In this document: positions 61,505 to 64,000 of the stretch, in pieces
Layout: each line of letters opens with the position of its first letter
How positions within the stretch are numbered: position 1 is the first letter of the stretch
Source of the DNA: Mobula hypostoma
Taxonomy: Eukaryota
DNA: 64,000 bases
Direction: 5' to 3'
Assembly: GCF_963921235.1 (NCBI RefSeq)
Contig: NC_086109.1
Coordinates: forward strand, 17,486,001-17,550,000
Notes under the pieces: generated by a model
The model's input: the letters and a program-made list of their open reading frames with translations, nothing else
The model's database searches: none
What the model was told of the DNA's origin: nothing
Translations under genes and position numbers: made by a program

Positions 61505-61912
61505 AGCACAGAACATTACAGCACGGTACAGGCCCTTCTGCCCAAAATGTTGTGCTCATCCCTTAACCTACTCTTAAGATCTAAGTCTTCCCTCCCACAT
61601 AGTCCTCCATTTTTCTATCAGCTATATGCCTATCTAAGAGTTTCTTAGTGTCCCTGCCTCTATAACCACATCTAGCAGCGTGTTCCACACATCCATCACT
61701 CCCTGTGTTGAAAAAAAAACTTACTTCTGATATCGCCCCCCCCCCCCATACTTACCTCTAATGGTCTAAAATTATGCCGTCTTGTATTAACCATTTTCAG
61801 TTTAGGAAAAAGTCTTTCTCTGGCTTTCCACTCAATCTATGTCTCTTATCACCTCTATCAAGTCACTCCTCATCCTCCTTCGCTCCAAGGAGAAAACCCT
61901 TGGCTCATTCAA
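61505..61912 (-). mobile_element. CR1 LINE 3' fragment
   Basis: acagcacggtacaggccctt tail and ctccaaggagaaaa as in 34951-35617. Confidence 0.8.
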
Positions 61913-62874
61913 GCTTAGATTTTTGAGCTGATACCAAATGAGAGATTTGAACTCCCATCCCCCCATTTTATCTCTCAAGGATAAAAATATGAGATCAGTT
62001 GAATGTCACGTCGGACATATCCAATTCTTTTCTGCAACTGCTATTAAGTCTACTTTCATTATCTTTCATGAGACATAAGAGACAGCAGATGCTGCAATCT
62101 GCAGCAATAAACATTGGTTTCTTCCCGCAGGTTGTTGCTTCATTACCTTCCAGTCAGGCTGTTTCAGTTTAGGTTGGAGTTAACCTTTGTAAATGACGGA
62201 CAACGCAGTAGCAAAGCGGCTAGTTCAATCGCTTTACAGCGCCAGCGATTGATTCCCACTGCTGCCTGTAAGGAGTTTGTATGTTCTCCCCATGACCACG
62301 TGGGTTTCCTCCAGCTCCCACAGCTTCCACCCACGTTCCAGAGATGTATGGCTAGGGTTAGGGTTAGTGGTTTGTGGGCATGCTATGTCAGCAATATTTG
62401 TGGGTTGCACCCAGCACGATCCTCTATGTTGGCTGTTGATGTAAGCCAGCGCATTCTTCTGTATGTTTTGATGTATACATGACAAATAATGCTAATCTTT
62501 GTCAAGAATCTTTACTTGAGAAGATGACAATCTTGAGCTACAGCATCAAGGGTTCAGTAACTAGTAGAGCTCGCAGAGACTGTCGGTTATTGAATATGAT
62601 CTCGTAAAGGATTGCACCAGGATAATATTGCTGTAATCTCAGTGTTAGGTTAGAACGCAGCAAATTTTATCACTGAGTAATTCAGGTTAACTGAAGTACT
62701 GAAGCCATGAGTCATTCATTGTCCAGAACAAAACCCGGACCCTTTCCTGGTCATTCCCTAGGGACAAACACAAAGGCCTGTTAGTGAGACATTTCATTGT
62801 AAATAGTGTCCTCTTGCAAATGTTTGGCAAGTAGGTAACGTGAGATGTGCTAAACGTATCTCTCCATAACTGAA

Positions 62875-63112
62875 CACACGAGATTCTGCAGATACTGGAA
62901 ATTTAAAGTAACGCACCCAAAATGCTGGAGGAACTCAGCAGGAACGCAGCATCCATGGAGAGGAGTAAACCGGGGATATTTCAGTCTGAGACCCTTCCGC
63001 AGGACATCTGGGCCCAAAACGTCAACTGTTCATTCCTCTCCATAGATGCTGCCTCACCTGCCGAGTTCCTCCAGCATTTTGTATGTGTTACTCTGGATTT
63101 CAAGTATCTCCT
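62875..63112. mobile_element. Fold-back Penelope terminal mini-element
   Basis: aaaatgctggaggaactc...gcagcatc.atggagagg is mirrored by cctctccatagatgctgc...gagttcctccagcatttt; two opposed hammerhead remnants at the centre. Confidence 0.82.
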
Positions 63113-64000
63113 GTGTTTATTAAACGTTTTCTATGTTATTCCTTTAAAATGCATGCTGTTATGGTTATAGTTTAATTTTATACTATTTAAAAATACCCAA
63201 TAAAGTGGGAACTGCTTTCCTTGGTGACTGGGGAATAGTAAAGGGTTAAATACTTCAGCCCTTCACATGAGGTAGCCATTTCCTTTCCTAATCTGCCTTT
63301 CAATCATCACAGAAATGGATCACATGCTACTTAGTCCCAGAGCAGTAAGTGGCTGTAACAAATTGAACGCGATAAACATTCCTTTCCTGCTCCTGAGCAG
63401 TGTTAATGGAGACCAAGAATGGCAGGAATGTGGCTCACAGGAGAGGGAGCTCAGGAAACTGAGGCATCGAAACGAAGCAGACAGAATTCCACAGATTTCT
63501 GCAAGGCTGTCAGACAAAACTGATGGGGTTTGCTTTGTATTAGTACAAATACAGGACACAAGATTGGCATCTCAGCTTCCCACACCAAAGAACAATAGGG
63601 TATAAAAATATATAGCTCTGTTTTAATTGCTGGATCTTTGACTAGGAAAATAATCTTTCTGACAAATTGTTATATTTGCTCATCAGGAATTTCTTAAAAT
63701 ATATATGTAGTTGGCACAGCTGGTTTGCCTGTTCCCACAGCGCAGTGTGGGGTTGATAAAAAAGAGTGGCCAAGCTTGATTGCTTGGACCACAGTACTTT
63801 CAGCAACAGGTATTATATTGTGTAAGATATATAGGTGTCCTAGAAATGAGCCTATATATCTCTCAGAATTCTCTCAAGAGTGTTGGACTTTTGATGAATA
63901 GCATAGTGTAGCTGCTACCTCACAGTTCTAGGGACCTGGGTTCGATTCTGACCTCAGAGTTTTCATAACGTCCTTGTCACCTTGTTGGTTTCATTTTAAG

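Noticed and set aside
63313..63344. 32-nt plus-strand micro-exon; similar lone splice signals at 16154, 19023 and 42237
   Set aside because: No consistent frame, homology or partner exons; such signals are expected by chance in 64 kb.
1..64000. CRISPR arrays, operons, prokaryotic or viral systems, rRNA
   Set aside because: No regularly spaced repeat-spacer array, no gene-dense region and no rRNA-like sequence; the repeats are dispersed eukaryotic TEs.
1..64000. Most of the 60-200 aa ORFs in the track as genes
   Set aside because: They are antisense or off-frame readings of TEs, or chance ORFs with no recognisable domain.

Overview
Vertebrate non-coding genomic DNA. The repeat complement (CR1, Rex1/Babar, Penelope-like, RTE, Tx1, Deu-domain SINEs, Tc1/hAT/Harbinger MITEs) points to a cartilaginous fish, probably a ray; this is inference. 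Most of the window is nested, mostly 5'-truncated transposable elements, many with readable target-site duplications (TSDs). No host protein-coding gene was recognised. The only long meaningful ORFs are retroelement reverse-transcriptase fragments (Rex1 53756-55516, CR1 47392-48324). Main observations: (1) about a dozen copies of a minimal hammerhead-ribozyme motif in Penelope-like termini; (2) at least five short fold-back Penelope-derived mini-elements whose inversion junction lies at or next to the hammerhead; (3) a partial HDV/CPEB3-like ribozyme fold in an RTE-derived element present twice; (4) a putative composite transposon of two 70-bp palindromic MITEs around ~400 bp of cargo; (5) one well-formed orphan 165-nt exon candidate on the minus strand; (6) repeat-free islands with clustered TCF/LEF, AP-1, PBX-HOX and CTCF motifs. 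Boundaries were read by eye and are approximate unless a TSD is quoted.
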